64,000 bases of DNA. Source: Synechococcus sp. Its GTDB lineage: Bacteria; Cyanobacteriota; Cyanobacteriia; Thermostichales; PCC-7336. Under the pieces are notes generated by a model. That model was not told the origin of the DNA. It made no database searches and saw nothing but the letters and a program-made list of their open reading frames with translations. The stretch is from contig JBFRWN010000142.1 in the NCBI GenBank assembly GCA_051439605.1, forward strand, positions 1 through 64,000. The letters are read 5' to 3'. This document shows, piece by piece, positions 1 through 9,260 of this stretch. A program made the translations under genes and the position numbers. Position 1 is the first letter of the stretch, and every line of letters begins with the position of its first letter.

Positions 1-10
1 GGATCCCATC

Positions 11-38
11 AAAAAAGTGCTTCCTATGGGGAAGCACT
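11..38 (-). terminator. Rho-independent terminator of psbA
   Basis: Stem AGTGCTTCC (16-24) pairs with GGAAGCACT (30-38), followed on the minus strand by a U-tract (A run at 11-16), about 30 nt after the psbA stop. Confidence 0.8.
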
Positions 39-68
39 GATATGAACAATTAATCCAGGGATAGAGAT

Positions 69-1169
69 TTAACCAATAGAAGGAGCCTCCATTGCAGTAG
101 AGATCGGAATGGCTTCGCCACTTGCCAGTCTCAAGGGGAAATGGTGCGCGTTAGGAGAGTGCATCACCTGCAATCCCATCGTTGCTCGATTAATCAGGTC
201 GGCTTCCGTACCGATGTATCGTCCGCTGCTATCCAAGATTGACCCGTTGAAATTAAACCCGTTCAAGTTGAAGGCCATAGTACCGATGCCCAGAGCGGCA
301 AACCAGATTCCGACAGTCGGTAAGGTCGCCAGCAACATGTGAATTGAGCGCTTGTTTTGGAATCCCAAACCCCGGAACACTATGCGACCGAGATACCCGT
401 AGTGGCCGGCCAACAGATTGTAGGTTTCTTCGTGCTGCCCAAAGCGGTAACCCTCATTTTCCGATACGAGATCGGAGGTTTCGCGGATCAATGACGAGGT
501 CACCAGCGAACCGTGCATGGCTGCTAGGAACGCTCCTCCGAATACACCGGCAACTCCAAGCATTGCAAACGGGTGCATCAGGATATTATGGTCGGCTTGA
601 AACGCCAGCATAAAATGAAACGTACCGGCAATCCCGAGAGGCAGTCCTTCCGAGAAAGACCCTTGGCCTATGGGATAGATCAGTAGAACTGCGATCGCCG
701 CTGCGACCGGTCCCGAGAAGGCCACAGCGATCCACGGGCGCATCCCCAGTCGGTAGGACAACTCCCACTGCCGTCCCAAATAGCAGACAATCCCAATGAG
801 AAAGTGCAGCACAATCAGCTGGTAGGGACCGCCGTTATAGAGCCACTCCTCCAGAGACGTAGCGGCCCAGACGGGATAGAAGTGCAATCCGATCGCCGCA
901 GAGGTGGGCACAACCGCCGCCGTGATGAGATTGTTGCCACCCATGAGGGAACCGATGACAGGTTCGCGAACCCCGTCCATGTCCACTGGCGGCGCACCGA
1001 TAAAGGCCAGGATAAAGCAAATGGAAGCGGCTAGCAGAGTGGGAATCATCAGCAGGCCGAACCAGCCAATGTAAAGCCGGTTTTCGGTACTGGTGACCCA
1101 CTTACAGTAACGATCCCACATGCTGCCGAGCTCAACTGGCCTGACTCGGCGTTTAGAGATAACAGTCAT
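69..1169 (-). CDS. psbA: Atypical ('rogue', group 2-like) photosystem II D1 protein
   Basis: D1 motifs [51 protein letters not shown]. In standard D1 numbering: D170E, E189D, E333S, D342R, H198A, S264G; Y161, H190, H215, H272, H332, H337 and A344 retained. Confidence 0.95.
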   Translation of the reverse strand: MTVISKRRVRPVELGSMWDRYCKWVTSTENRLYIGWFGLLMIPTLLAASICFILAFIGAPPVDMDGVREPVIGSLMGGNNLITAAVVPTSAAIGLHFYPVWAATSLEEWLYNGGPYQLIVLHFLIGIVCYLGRQWELSYRLGMRPWIAVAFSGPVAAAIAVLLIYPIGQGSFSEGLPLGIAGTFHFMLAFQADHNILMHPFAMLGVAGVFGGAFLAAMHGSLVTSSLIRETSDLVSENEGYRFGQHEETYNLLAGHYGYLGRIVFRGLGFQNKRSIHMLLATLPTVGIWFAALGIGTMAFNLNGFNFNGSILDSSGRYIGTEADLINRATMGLQVMHSPNAHHFPLRLASGEAIPISTAMEAPSIG

Positions 1170-1336
1170 AAAGCAATCACCTCTCTCAGAAGGTCGATGA
1201 TGTTCGGTATCCAGACCGAGTGCTTAGACAAGGTTTCAAAATTCAAATCGCAGGAATTAGAAACCGATCCGTTCTAATTCCCCTCCAGCTCTCGAAGCCG
1301 TTAAACACATTGAGGCAACACAAACGATGCAAACAT

Positions 1337-1370
1337 TTAGAAAATTCGACAAGTTAGAAAATTCGACAAG
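1337..1370. repeat. Perfect 17-bp tandem direct repeat upstream of psbA
   Basis: TTAGAAAATTCGACAAG x2 (1337-1353, 1354-1370). Confidence 0.9.
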
Positions 1371-2009
1371 TCAAAATAGCAAACGCAACCTAAGCATTCG
1401 ATCCCTACAATTCATGGTAACAGAGGCAAACGTCAGCGATAACGACATCTAAATGTACGTTGACAAAAGAAACTTCTCATCGATTCGCGGATAGATAATG
1501 TAACCTAAATTGGTGGCTATACATAGTAGAATGAGAGGAGCATGAATTCATTTTAAATTGACTGCAATGGAGAACAGACCTGAAACGTAGGCCCGTCGGT
1601 CTAAGGTATTTAACGTTCGACAACAGGCAGATTTCTTCTGATTAAGAAATTTATCTTTTGATAAAGCATTTTCTCATTCAGATACCAAGAGAAAATCGTC
1701 TAGAAGTGATTTGCCTGAAATTAGGAATGCTTACGCGAATGATTCTACCTTGACAATCTATCAGTGAGTAATACAGGCAACTCGACTGGGTAAATCGAGA
1801 GAAAAAATATATCTATCACCGCACCAATTCCTGTCATAAATATTGATGTAGACCAGTGCGAGGATTGCTCTGCACCACCCCGAATGCCTAGCTTTTATAA
1901 AATTCAGTTGAAAGCAGCTCGCAAGCTGTGTACTTTAGGCAAACACTGACCTGGAGTTTGAGGCGTTCGCCCGGCGTGGCACCAGGCAATTTCCGTGCAA
2001 TACCGATGA

Positions 2010-4154
2010 TTGGGTCGCGCTATGGAATCGATCGCCCCTCTATTTCGACCTCGAACTGTGGTAGTCATTGGAGCCAGCCGCAATCCCGAGTCGATTCCCG
2101 GATGCCTGTTCGCCAACCTGCATCGATCCTTCTCGGGGGTTGTTTATCCCGTAAATCCAGCAGCTCCTCAAGTCCAGGGGGTTTCTGCCTACCCTTCAGT
2201 GTTGGAGATCTCCGGAGAGATCGACTTGGCCTTTATAGCGGTACCGGCTGACAAAGTCCTGACAGTGGCCCATCAGTGCATCGAGAAGGCGATTCCAGTC
2301 CTAGTCGTTGTCTCGGCTGGATTCTCAGAAACAGGCGAGCTCGGAGCGGCTCGGGAACGAGAGCTTGTGAGGTTGACCCGCTCTGCGGGAGTGCGCCTCC
2401 TCGGTCCCAACTGTGTTGGAGTCTTCAATACCGATCCGGCAGGACCGCTGAAGGGCATTTTTTCTCAGGTGGTAGCCATTCCAGGGAATGTCGCTCTGGG
2501 GGCGCAAAGCGGAGCCTTTGGGCTGGTGATTCCCGGAGCATTGGCGGAGCTGGGAGTAGGGATTTCCAGCTTCGTATCGCTGGGCAATAAGGCAGACATT
2601 ACCGAAAACGATCTGCTCGAGTACTGGCAAGGCGATCGGGCAACTGACTGCATTGCACTGTACCTGGAGTCCTTTCAGGAGCCTCGCAGCTTTCTTAAAA
2701 TCGCCCGCCAGGTGGCTCGCCACAGGCCCGTCGTTGTCTTGAAAGGGGGACGGACTGCTACAGGCAGGCGGGCAGCCAGCAGCCACACAGCAGCTCTGGC
2801 GAATCCGGTTACAGCTGCAGATGCATTGATGGCACAAACGGGGGTTGTACAAACCCACACCATTGAGGAGATGTACGAGGCTGCTGCGTTGCTCGCAACC
2901 CAGCCCGTTCCCTGCGGAGCGAGAGTGGCCGTCATTAGCAACGCGGGGGGACCCGCAGTGTTGTGTTCTGACGTTCTAGAGTCCGAGGGTTTGAGGGTTG
3001 TTGAGTTTTCCCCCAAACTGCGCACCCTGCTGCACCAGTTTCTGCCACCGAGAGCGAGACCTGACAATCCTCTCGATCTGGTTGCCTCGGTCGATCCGCA
3101 GCTCTATCAACAGTGTGTCGAGCGCATCCTGGCCAGTGGAGAAGTGGATGCGGCGATCGCCATTTTCGTTCCTCGGGTGTTTGGGACAGCACCCGATGTG
3201 GCTCGAGCTATTCGTACAGCAGCGACTGGCAGTTCGAAGCCGGTCTTGGCCGTCTTTGCCCAGACCGATCCTCCCCTGCAAGAGTTAAGCAGCATCGACC
3301 TCTGCGTTCCCTGCTATCGCTTTCCCGAGCCAGCGGCTGTGGCCTTAGCCCGAGCAGTCCGTTACGGTCAGTGGCGGACGCGTCCCGCAGGGCATATTCC
3401 CCAATTTAGCGACCTCCACCTCGATAAGGTTCTTCGATTGCTGACAAAGGTTCGGGAGCGTCTCGGCGATCGCGGCGGCTGGCTGGAGCCCATAGAAGTT
3501 CAGCAGGTTTTATCTGCAATCGGATTGCCGCAACCCAAGGCGGCTATAGCACTGACCGCTGACGAGGCGGTACAGGTTGCGAGGCAGTACGGCGGTCCGG
3601 TAGCCCTGAAGGTCATCTCTCCCTCAGCGATTCACAAATCGGATGTGGGGGGCGTCGCGATCGCCGTTGAAGGAGACCTTCCCGTGGAGGAAGCCTTTCG
3701 GCGAGTCACTGCTGCGGTTGCAGATGCACGGGGGGCACTTGTGCAGCAAATGGTCCCAGCGGGAGTGGAAGTTCTGATCGGCATCAATCGAGACCCTTTG
3801 TTTGGCCCGCTCGTGGCTTTTGGACTCGGCGGCACGCTGGTGGAACTATTGGAGTCCGTGGTAGTGCGGTTAGCTCCACTGACCGATCGCGATGCAGAAG
3901 AGGCGATCGCCGCAGTTCGTGGCAACAAACTGTTGGAGGGATATCGAGGAAGTCCGCCTGCTGATGTGGAAGCGGTGAAGGAGGCTTTGCTGCGGGTGTC
4001 GGCGATCGCGGAGGCAGTGCCGGAGCTGGCGGAAATGGATCTGAATCCGGTTAAGGTTTTGGCACCAGGTCAAGGAATTACGGTGGTTGACGCCCGCATC
4101 CGGCTGCAAGCGGTAGGCTTGAAAAGCTTGGCAGCCAAAGCAGGAAGAGGGTAG
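2010..4154 (+). CDS. Acetate/acyl-CoA ligase (ADP-forming), fused alpha-beta type
   Basis: CoA-binding N-terminus (VVVIGASR, YPVNP, SAGFSE, LLGPNCVG), SLGNKAD, catalytic-His motif AASSHTAALA, ATP-grasp C-terminus (HKSDVGGV, FGLGG, EMDLNP); no GNAT domain. Start TTG 2010 or ATG 2022. Confidence 0.88.
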   Translation: MGRAMESIAPLFRPRTVVVIGASRNPESIPGCLFANLHRSFSGVVYPVNPAAPQVQGVSAYPSVLEISGEIDLAFIAVPADKVLTVAHQCIEKAIPVLVVVSAGFSETGELGAARERELVRLTRSAGVRLLGPNCVGVFNTDPAGPLKGIFSQVVAIPGNVALGAQSGAFGLVIPGALAELGVGISSFVSLGNKADITENDLLEYWQGDRATDCIALYLESFQEPRSFLKIARQVARHRPVVVLKGGRTATGRRAASSHTAALANPVTAADALMAQTGVVQTHTIEEMYEAAALLATQPVPCGARVAVISNAGGPAVLCSDVLESEGLRVVEFSPKLRTLLHQFLPPRARPDNPLDLVASVDPQLYQQCVERILASGEVDAAIAIFVPRVFGTAPDVARAIRTAATGSSKPVLAVFAQTDPPLQELSSIDLCVPCYRFPEPAAVALARAVRYGQWRTRPAGHIPQFSDLHLDKVLRLLTKVRERLGDRGGWLEPIEVQQVLSAIGLPQPKAAIALTADEAVQVARQYGGPVALKVISPSAIHKSDVGGVAIAVEGDLPVEEAFRRVTAAVADARGALVQQMVPAGVEVLIGINRDPLFGPLVAFGLGGTLVELLESVVVRLAPLTDRDAEEAIAAVRGNKLLEGYRGSPPADVEAVKEALLRVSAIAEAVPELAEMDLNPVKVLAPGQGITVVDARIRLQAVGLKSLAAKAGRG

Positions 4155-4159
4155 GCGGT

Positions 4160-5848
4160 GTGAATCTCCAAGGACAAACTGTTTTAGTACTGGGGGGAGC
4201 GGGGCTGGTTGGAACCGCGGTTTGTCGCCGCCTGCTGAAAGAATCGCCAGCCCACCTCATCGTTGCAGCGGGCCATCAGGCCAGTGCGGAACGCGCGGTC
4301 AAGCTCTTGCGGACAGAGGCTTCACCGGGGGCTCGGATCGATGCCTGTTGGGGAAATATTTTTGTGCGGTGGGAGTACAAGGATTTCAGTTGGGGGGAAA
4401 TTCTGGCCGATCCCGGCAAGCGGCAGCAAGTCTTGAAAGATCTGCTCGATCCTCTGGAGAACAAGCGCAAGGACGAGATACTAGCCCAATCCACCCTGGC
4501 TCGCACGATCGCCCAATACCGACCCCACGCGATCGTCGATTGCATCAATACCGCTACCGCCTTTGCATACCAAGACGTCTACGAGAGCGCGCGCGAACTC
4601 CTGGCCTCCCTTGACGGCCCTCCCGAAACCTATCGGATGGCGGTGGAGCGGCACTTGGTCAAGATGTACACCCCCCAATTAGTCCGCCACATGCAGATTT
4701 TGTACGAGGCGCTGAGCGATGCCGACAATGACTGGCCGGGGGTTCAAGCCTACGTCAAGGTGGGAACGACGGGAACCGGCGGCATGGGATTGAATATCCC
4801 CTATACCCACGGCGAGGAGAAACCTTCGTCAGTGCTGCTCTCCAAAACTGCCGTTGCGGGAGCCCACAGCCTGCTGCTATTTCTCCTGGCTCGCACGCCG
4901 CCCGATCGCCCTGCCGTGAAAGAAATCAAGCCTGCGGCGGCGATTGGCTGGGCTGAAATCGGATACGGTCCCATTTCGCAAAAAGGACGCTCCGTTGCCC
5001 TCTACGACTGCCCGCCAGAATTGGCCTACGACCTTGCAGATGCAAGTGTTCCTACTGGCGAGTTTGGCATCGAGCTTGAGGGAAAGTCTTTGGAGAACGT
5101 CTACATCGACACTGGGGAAAACGGCCTCTATGCTCTGGCAGAGTTCTCCACACTGACGGCCCTGCGTCAGATGGAATTTATCACGGCGGAGGAGGTGGCC
5201 GAGAACGTGGTGTTGGAACTCAAAGGGGGCAATACGGGATACGACATGATTAGCGCCCTAGACCAAGCGGTACTGGGTCCCTCCTACCGAGCAGGTTGGT
5301 TGCGCGGCCAGGCGATCGCCCGCATGCAACACTTGGCTCGGGAGAAGGGGGCGCACAGCATAGCCTTCGAGGCCCTCGGTCCCCCGCGCCTCTCGAAACT
5401 ACTGTTCGAGGCGTACTTACTCCAGCAAGTGAGCCAAAACAGCATTCAACGGGTAAAGGGGATAGACCCCTTGCAGCTGGCGAGAGCCTGTTACGAGGAA
5501 CTGGTGACAGTAGGGGAGTTACGCACACAAGCGATCTCGGTGGGCATTCCCATTCTGCTTCCGGAGGGCGATCGCCTCCTGCGCGGTCCCACCATCAAAG
5601 CGGGCAAAGCAGAACAAGGCTGGATAGACTTGCGCCCCGAAAACATGCGTCTTTGGCAGGAGCGACTGGCGAAAATTTTAGAATTGGCGACTGCGGAACA
5701 ACAGGCGGATGGAGGAATGTATGCTTCCCGTTTCGATCGACTCTTTGTCGATGCCGCTACGGGTCAGATTCGAGACAGTTTTGACATCGGCACTGTTGTC
5801 GGATGGCTGTTCTCGGATGAAGAGCAGGGATTCCGTATGAAATCCTAG
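4160..5848 (+). CDS. Uncharacterised extended NAD(P)-binding Rossmann (SDR-like) protein
   Basis: N-terminal VLVLGGAGLVG dinucleotide-binding motif; 562 aa; begins 5 nt after the acyl-CoA ligase stop. Confidence 0.75.
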   Translation: MNLQGQTVLVLGGAGLVGTAVCRRLLKESPAHLIVAAGHQASAERAVKLLRTEASPGARIDACWGNIFVRWEYKDFSWGEILADPGKRQQVLKDLLDPLENKRKDEILAQSTLARTIAQYRPHAIVDCINTATAFAYQDVYESARELLASLDGPPETYRMAVERHLVKMYTPQLVRHMQILYEALSDADNDWPGVQAYVKVGTTGTGGMGLNIPYTHGEEKPSSVLLSKTAVAGAHSLLLFLLARTPPDRPAVKEIKPAAAIGWAEIGYGPISQKGRSVALYDCPPELAYDLADASVPTGEFGIELEGKSLENVYIDTGENGLYALAEFSTLTALRQMEFITAEEVAENVVLELKGGNTGYDMISALDQAVLGPSYRAGWLRGQAIARMQHLAREKGAHSIAFEALGPPRLSKLLFEAYLLQQVSQNSIQRVKGIDPLQLARACYEELVTVGELRTQAISVGIPILLPEGDRLLRGPTIKAGKAEQGWIDLRPENMRLWQERLAKILELATAEQQADGGMYASRFDRLFVDAATGQIRDSFDIGTVVGWLFSDEEQGFRMKS

Positions 5849-5878
5849 CTCATACGGCCTTGCACCCAGCCCTCTGAT

Positions 5879-6847
5879 TCAAGTCGATTGGGCGGCAGAG
5901 ATCTGAGAGACACTGACTCCTTGCTCTTCCTCTCGATCCGCTGACTGCCAGTAGGCATCGACACGTGCCTGAATCTGCGCTAGCTGCTCTTCCTGAACCG
6001 TTGGCTTGAACAAGTGGCGGAATCTGCGCTGCGGTTCCAGATACTCGCGCACTAGGTGCAGATGGCTGGGAATGTAGGTGTGCCTTACCTGACCCCGAAT
6101 CGCTTCTTTCAGCGGCCAAACCCCCGTTTCAATAGCCAGTCGGGCGATTTCGTCGCTCAGCGCTGGGTCAAACCCCCATCCAGTCGGGCAAACCGCTAAC
6201 GCAACAAATAACTTCGGCCCCCGAAAATCCATCGCTCGCCGCACTTTTTCAGCCAGGTCCACCGGCTCGTGGGAGGAAACAGTAGCAATGTAAGGGGGCT
6301 TCTGAGCTCGCCAGATCTCGAAAATATCCTTCTTGGTCTGCTGCGTCCCCTGCCGCGACGTTGCTGTTGCGGAGCCGAATGGCGAACCCGCCGAGAGTTG
6401 AAAGCCCGTATTGCCATAAGCTTCGTTATCGTAGCAGAGATACCAGAAGTTCAGCCCCCGATGGATGGCTGCCGAGGTGGAGGAGAGTCCCATGTCGTAG
6501 GTGGACCCCTCGCCAGCCAGGACCAGGACGTGCAGGGACTCTTCGGGAAGAATGCGTCCTTTGGCCAGCAGCACGTCTAGGGCATCCCGAATCCCCTGTG
6601 CCCCCGCCGAGGGACTGGCCATGGTGGTATAGAGCCAAGAGGAACGCAGTGGCGTAAAAGGGTAGATGGCCATCAGAGTCATGCAGCCAGCCGCATCCAC
6701 AATGACCACATTTTCTCCCAGGATCTTGTGCATCAACCGCAGCGTCGCCAACCCACCGCAACCGGCACAAAGTGGAGACCCCGGTGCAAGATACTCTTCC
6801 GTCGGTAGATCCTTCAAGCTCTTGTAAAATTCCCGCTTAACCTTCAC
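5879..6847 (-). CDS. porB: 2-oxoacid (pyruvate):ferredoxin oxidoreductase beta subunit, TPP-binding
   Basis: LCAGCG, AGC, TPP motif AGEGS...DNEAYGNTG, CPTGW; its GTG start overlaps the alpha-subunit stop (GTGA). Confidence 0.88.
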   Translation of the reverse strand: MKVKREFYKSLKDLPTEEYLAPGSPLCAGCGGLATLRLMHKILGENVVIVDAAGCMTLMAIYPFTPLRSSWLYTTMASPSAGAQGIRDALDVLLAKGRILPEESLHVLVLAGEGSTYDMGLSSTSAAIHRGLNFWYLCYDNEAYGNTGFQLSAGSPFGSATATSRQGTQQTKKDIFEIWRAQKPPYIATVSSHEPVDLAEKVRRAMDFRGPKLFVALAVCPTGWGFDPALSDEIARLAIETGVWPLKEAIRGQVRHTYIPSHLHLVREYLEPQRRFRHLFKPTVQEEQLAQIQARVDAYWQSADREEEQGVSVSQISAAQST

Positions 6848-8085
6848 GGTTGCTCTCCTTCCGGCCGCTTACCGGCCAGCACTAACTGCCGCTGTACCGT
6901 GTCGCGATCGCCCTCCGTAAACAGCAGCTCTGGCTGGCCGACATAGGACTCGTCTCCAACAGTCGCGAGCCGTTCCAGAACGAAATCGAATTCGGCAGGC
7001 GAGATATCTTTCCCCCCTAACCCACCAACAAAGGATCTCAACACTTTGGGGCGCTGTGGCGAGCTCGCCAGCACGGCGGCCACTTCGCGGTAGAGGATGC
7101 CCCCCAGACCCGGCGAGAGATTTTGGTCCAGCACGGCAACGGCTTGACGGCCCCCCAACACCTCAGCCAGTTCTGCCGCCGGCCAAGGGCGAATCGTGCG
7201 CAGCCGCACTAACCCCACCCGCTTGCCCTGCTCTCGCCAGCGACGGACCGCCGCCTTCCCTTTCGTGGAAAACGAGCCGGCCATGACCAGTAGAGTATCT
7301 GCATCGTCGGCATAGTAGGGGTCGATCGCGCCGTAGCGACGGCCGAACCGCTCGAAGAATTCATCAGCCACTTCTGCGTGCACCTGTGCCGCATTTTCCA
7401 CCGCCCGATGCAGCTGGTAGCGGAAATAGCTGTAGGTGGCTCCCTCCAACACGGCTACTCCCTGTGCCACAGGCTGAGAAGCGCGAAACACGGGGTGCTT
7501 TGGTTGAAAGGCAGGTAGGAAGTCTCGCACCTCGCTCTGGTCGGGTATGTCCACGGGTTCTCGAGTAAACGATAGATAGAACCCATCCAGATTCACCAAT
7601 ACGGGCACCCAAACCCTCGCGTCTTCGGCAATGCGGTAGGCCATCAGGATCGAGTCCAGGACTTCCTGACAGGTTTCTGCATGGATCTGGACGAAGCCGG
7701 TATCCCGTGCAGCCAGCACGTCATTGTGATCGGGACCGAGGGTGATTGGGGCCGACAGACCTCTGGAGACGTTCACCAGCACTAGAGGGACGTGCCAGCC
7801 CGCGATCGTGTAGAGGGCTTCCATGGCATACACCAGCCCCTGGCTGGAGGTGGCCGTGAAGGTGCGCACCCCCGTGGCCGCCGCCGCCCCAGCTGCTGTC
7901 ATCATGGAATGCTCGCTGTCGAGGGTGACGAACTTACCACTCAACGTCCCATCGGCAAACCACTCGGCCAGGGATTCGATAATCTCGGTTTGGGGGGTAA
8001 TCGGAAAGGCCGGGACGTAGTCGATGTCTGCCAGTCTGGCCCCCCAGGCAGCCGCCGCGTTACCGGTCAATAGTTTCCTCACCAT
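6844..8085 (-). CDS. porA: 2-oxoacid (pyruvate):ferredoxin oxidoreductase alpha subunit
   Basis: LTGNAAAAWG, FPITPQTEI, SEHS, TATSSQG, DGFYLS, GGLGGKD; ATG 8085 overlaps the gamma-delta stop. Confidence 0.88.
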   Translation of the reverse strand: MVRKLLTGNAAAAWGARLADIDYVPAFPITPQTEIIESLAEWFADGTLSGKFVTLDSEHSMMTAAGAAAATGVRTFTATSSQGLVYAMEALYTIAGWHVPLVLVNVSRGLSAPITLGPDHNDVLAARDTGFVQIHAETCQEVLDSILMAYRIAEDARVWVPVLVNLDGFYLSFTREPVDIPDQSEVRDFLPAFQPKHPVFRASQPVAQGVAVLEGATYSYFRYQLHRAVENAAQVHAEVADEFFERFGRRYGAIDPYYADDADTLLVMAGSFSTKGKAAVRRWREQGKRVGLVRLRTIRPWPAAELAEVLGGRQAVAVLDQNLSPGLGGILYREVAAVLASSPQRPKVLRSFVGGLGGKDISPAEFDFVLERLATVGDESYVGQPELLFTEGDRDTVQRQLVLAGKRPEGEQP

Positions 8086-8975
8086 GCCCGCACTTCCTTC
8101 TTCCTGGCGATCGCCCGCGCGGGACAGAGCGCCCAACAAATCATGCAACCCTTGCAGTGCTCGTAATCGATAATCGGGTAGCCCTCTTCGTCAAACGCGA
8201 TCGCCCCGTCCGGGCAGCGGGCGAAGCAAAGGCCGCAGCGGGTGCAGAGATCGCGATCGATCTCGGGACGCTCCACCCTCCAAGAGCCCGTTTGACGTAA
8301 CTCTGCATTGCCGGCGGTCAGAATGCTCGGCGTACTGGCCAGCAACCCTTCGTAATTGACAGGGGAGATTTTCGACCAATCGGGCACGTCTCGCGACTGC
8401 AGTTCGAGGCTGGGCAGCCCGTCGAACACCTCGCCAGCCAACGCTAAGTTTTTGGCGATCGCCTCCTGCGCAACGTGCAGGTCCTCCAGTTCTTCGCGCA
8501 CTGCATTGAGGAGGTTGTCTTGCGCGATCGCTCCCGTCAGCTTTGCCGCTGCCGCTGCCAAACCTGCACTGAGCGCTGACGCGGAACCCAGAATTTCCAG
8601 AGCGCGGTTGGTGATGTCCCAAGCGATCGCGCGCGGGCGAAGCGCGTATTTTTCCACCAGTGGGTGCGCAGACTCAGCATTCAGGAAGATCGCTCCGGCT
8701 AATTCCTGACCGGCCAGCACGCCTGCTCCCGGATCCTCCAGCAAGGTTTCATCGCCAACGACAATCAAATCCGGGCAAGCGATCGCCCCCCTTTCCAGAA
8801 TGGGCTCTTGAGCAATTCGCGTAAATGCAACGACTGCCGCGCCACGCCGCTCCGCACCGTACACAGGGGAGTCTTGAACCTGATAGCCCGCAAAGAAAGC
8901 AGCAGTACCAACAATGCGACTGGCAGTCTTGATACCGTGTCCCCCACGGCCGTGAAAACGAATTCGAATCATCAC
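8079..8975 (-). CDS. 2-oxoacid:ferredoxin oxidoreductase fused gamma-delta subunit with 2x[4Fe-4S] domain
   Basis: IRFHGRGGHG, YGAERRGA, then TGSWR...CTRCGLCFARCP and CKGCMICWALCP. Confidence 0.88.
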   Translation of the reverse strand: MMIRIRFHGRGGHGIKTASRIVGTAAFFAGYQVQDSPVYGAERRGAAVVAFTRIAQEPILERGAIACPDLIVVGDETLLEDPGAGVLAGQELAGAIFLNAESAHPLVEKYALRPRAIAWDITNRALEILGSASALSAGLAAAAAKLTGAIAQDNLLNAVREELEDLHVAQEAIAKNLALAGEVFDGLPSLELQSRDVPDWSKISPVNYEGLLASTPSILTAGNAELRQTGSWRVERPEIDRDLCTRCGLCFARCPDGAIAFDEEGYPIIDYEHCKGCMICWALCPARAIARKKEVRAW

Positions 8976-9086
8976 TTTCTCCCTGCGGGAGGGTAGACCG
9001 AGCTACCTGACCGAAGCGTATTTTGACTCCCCTATCACTATTGTAGGTTGCGACTTTGGTCGGTGGTTGCAGCGGGATCGAAGCCT

Positions 9087-9100
9087 TTGATGGCAAGCAA
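9087..9100. promoter_or_regulatory. FNR/Crp-like box in the divergent por/gdh intergenic region
   Basis: TTGAT-GGCA-AGCAA, one mismatch to TTGAT-N4-ATCAA. Confidence 0.35.
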
Positions 9101-9260
9101 AACGTTCTATTTTTTGTCAAACTCGATACATTTGGAGCGAATTCGACCAAGATAGGAATCAAGAGACTCAAGGGTCAAAATCGTACTTTGAGGCTCTCTG
9201 CAATCAGTGGGCAATAGCGCTTTCGAGACAAAACCCTCTGTCGAATTTGGAGCCTTCCAT

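Noticed and set aside
69..1169. Chlorophyll f synthase (ChlF, super-rogue D1)
   Set aside because: Lacks the ChlF 'QD' motif (reads YLGRQW), keeps H332 and A344 with a normal NLNGFNFN C-terminus, and no far-red gene cluster is visible in the window
2010..4154. Protein lysine acetyltransferase (Pat/YfiQ)
   Set aside because: No GNAT domain at either end, and the catalytic His (SSHT) is intact
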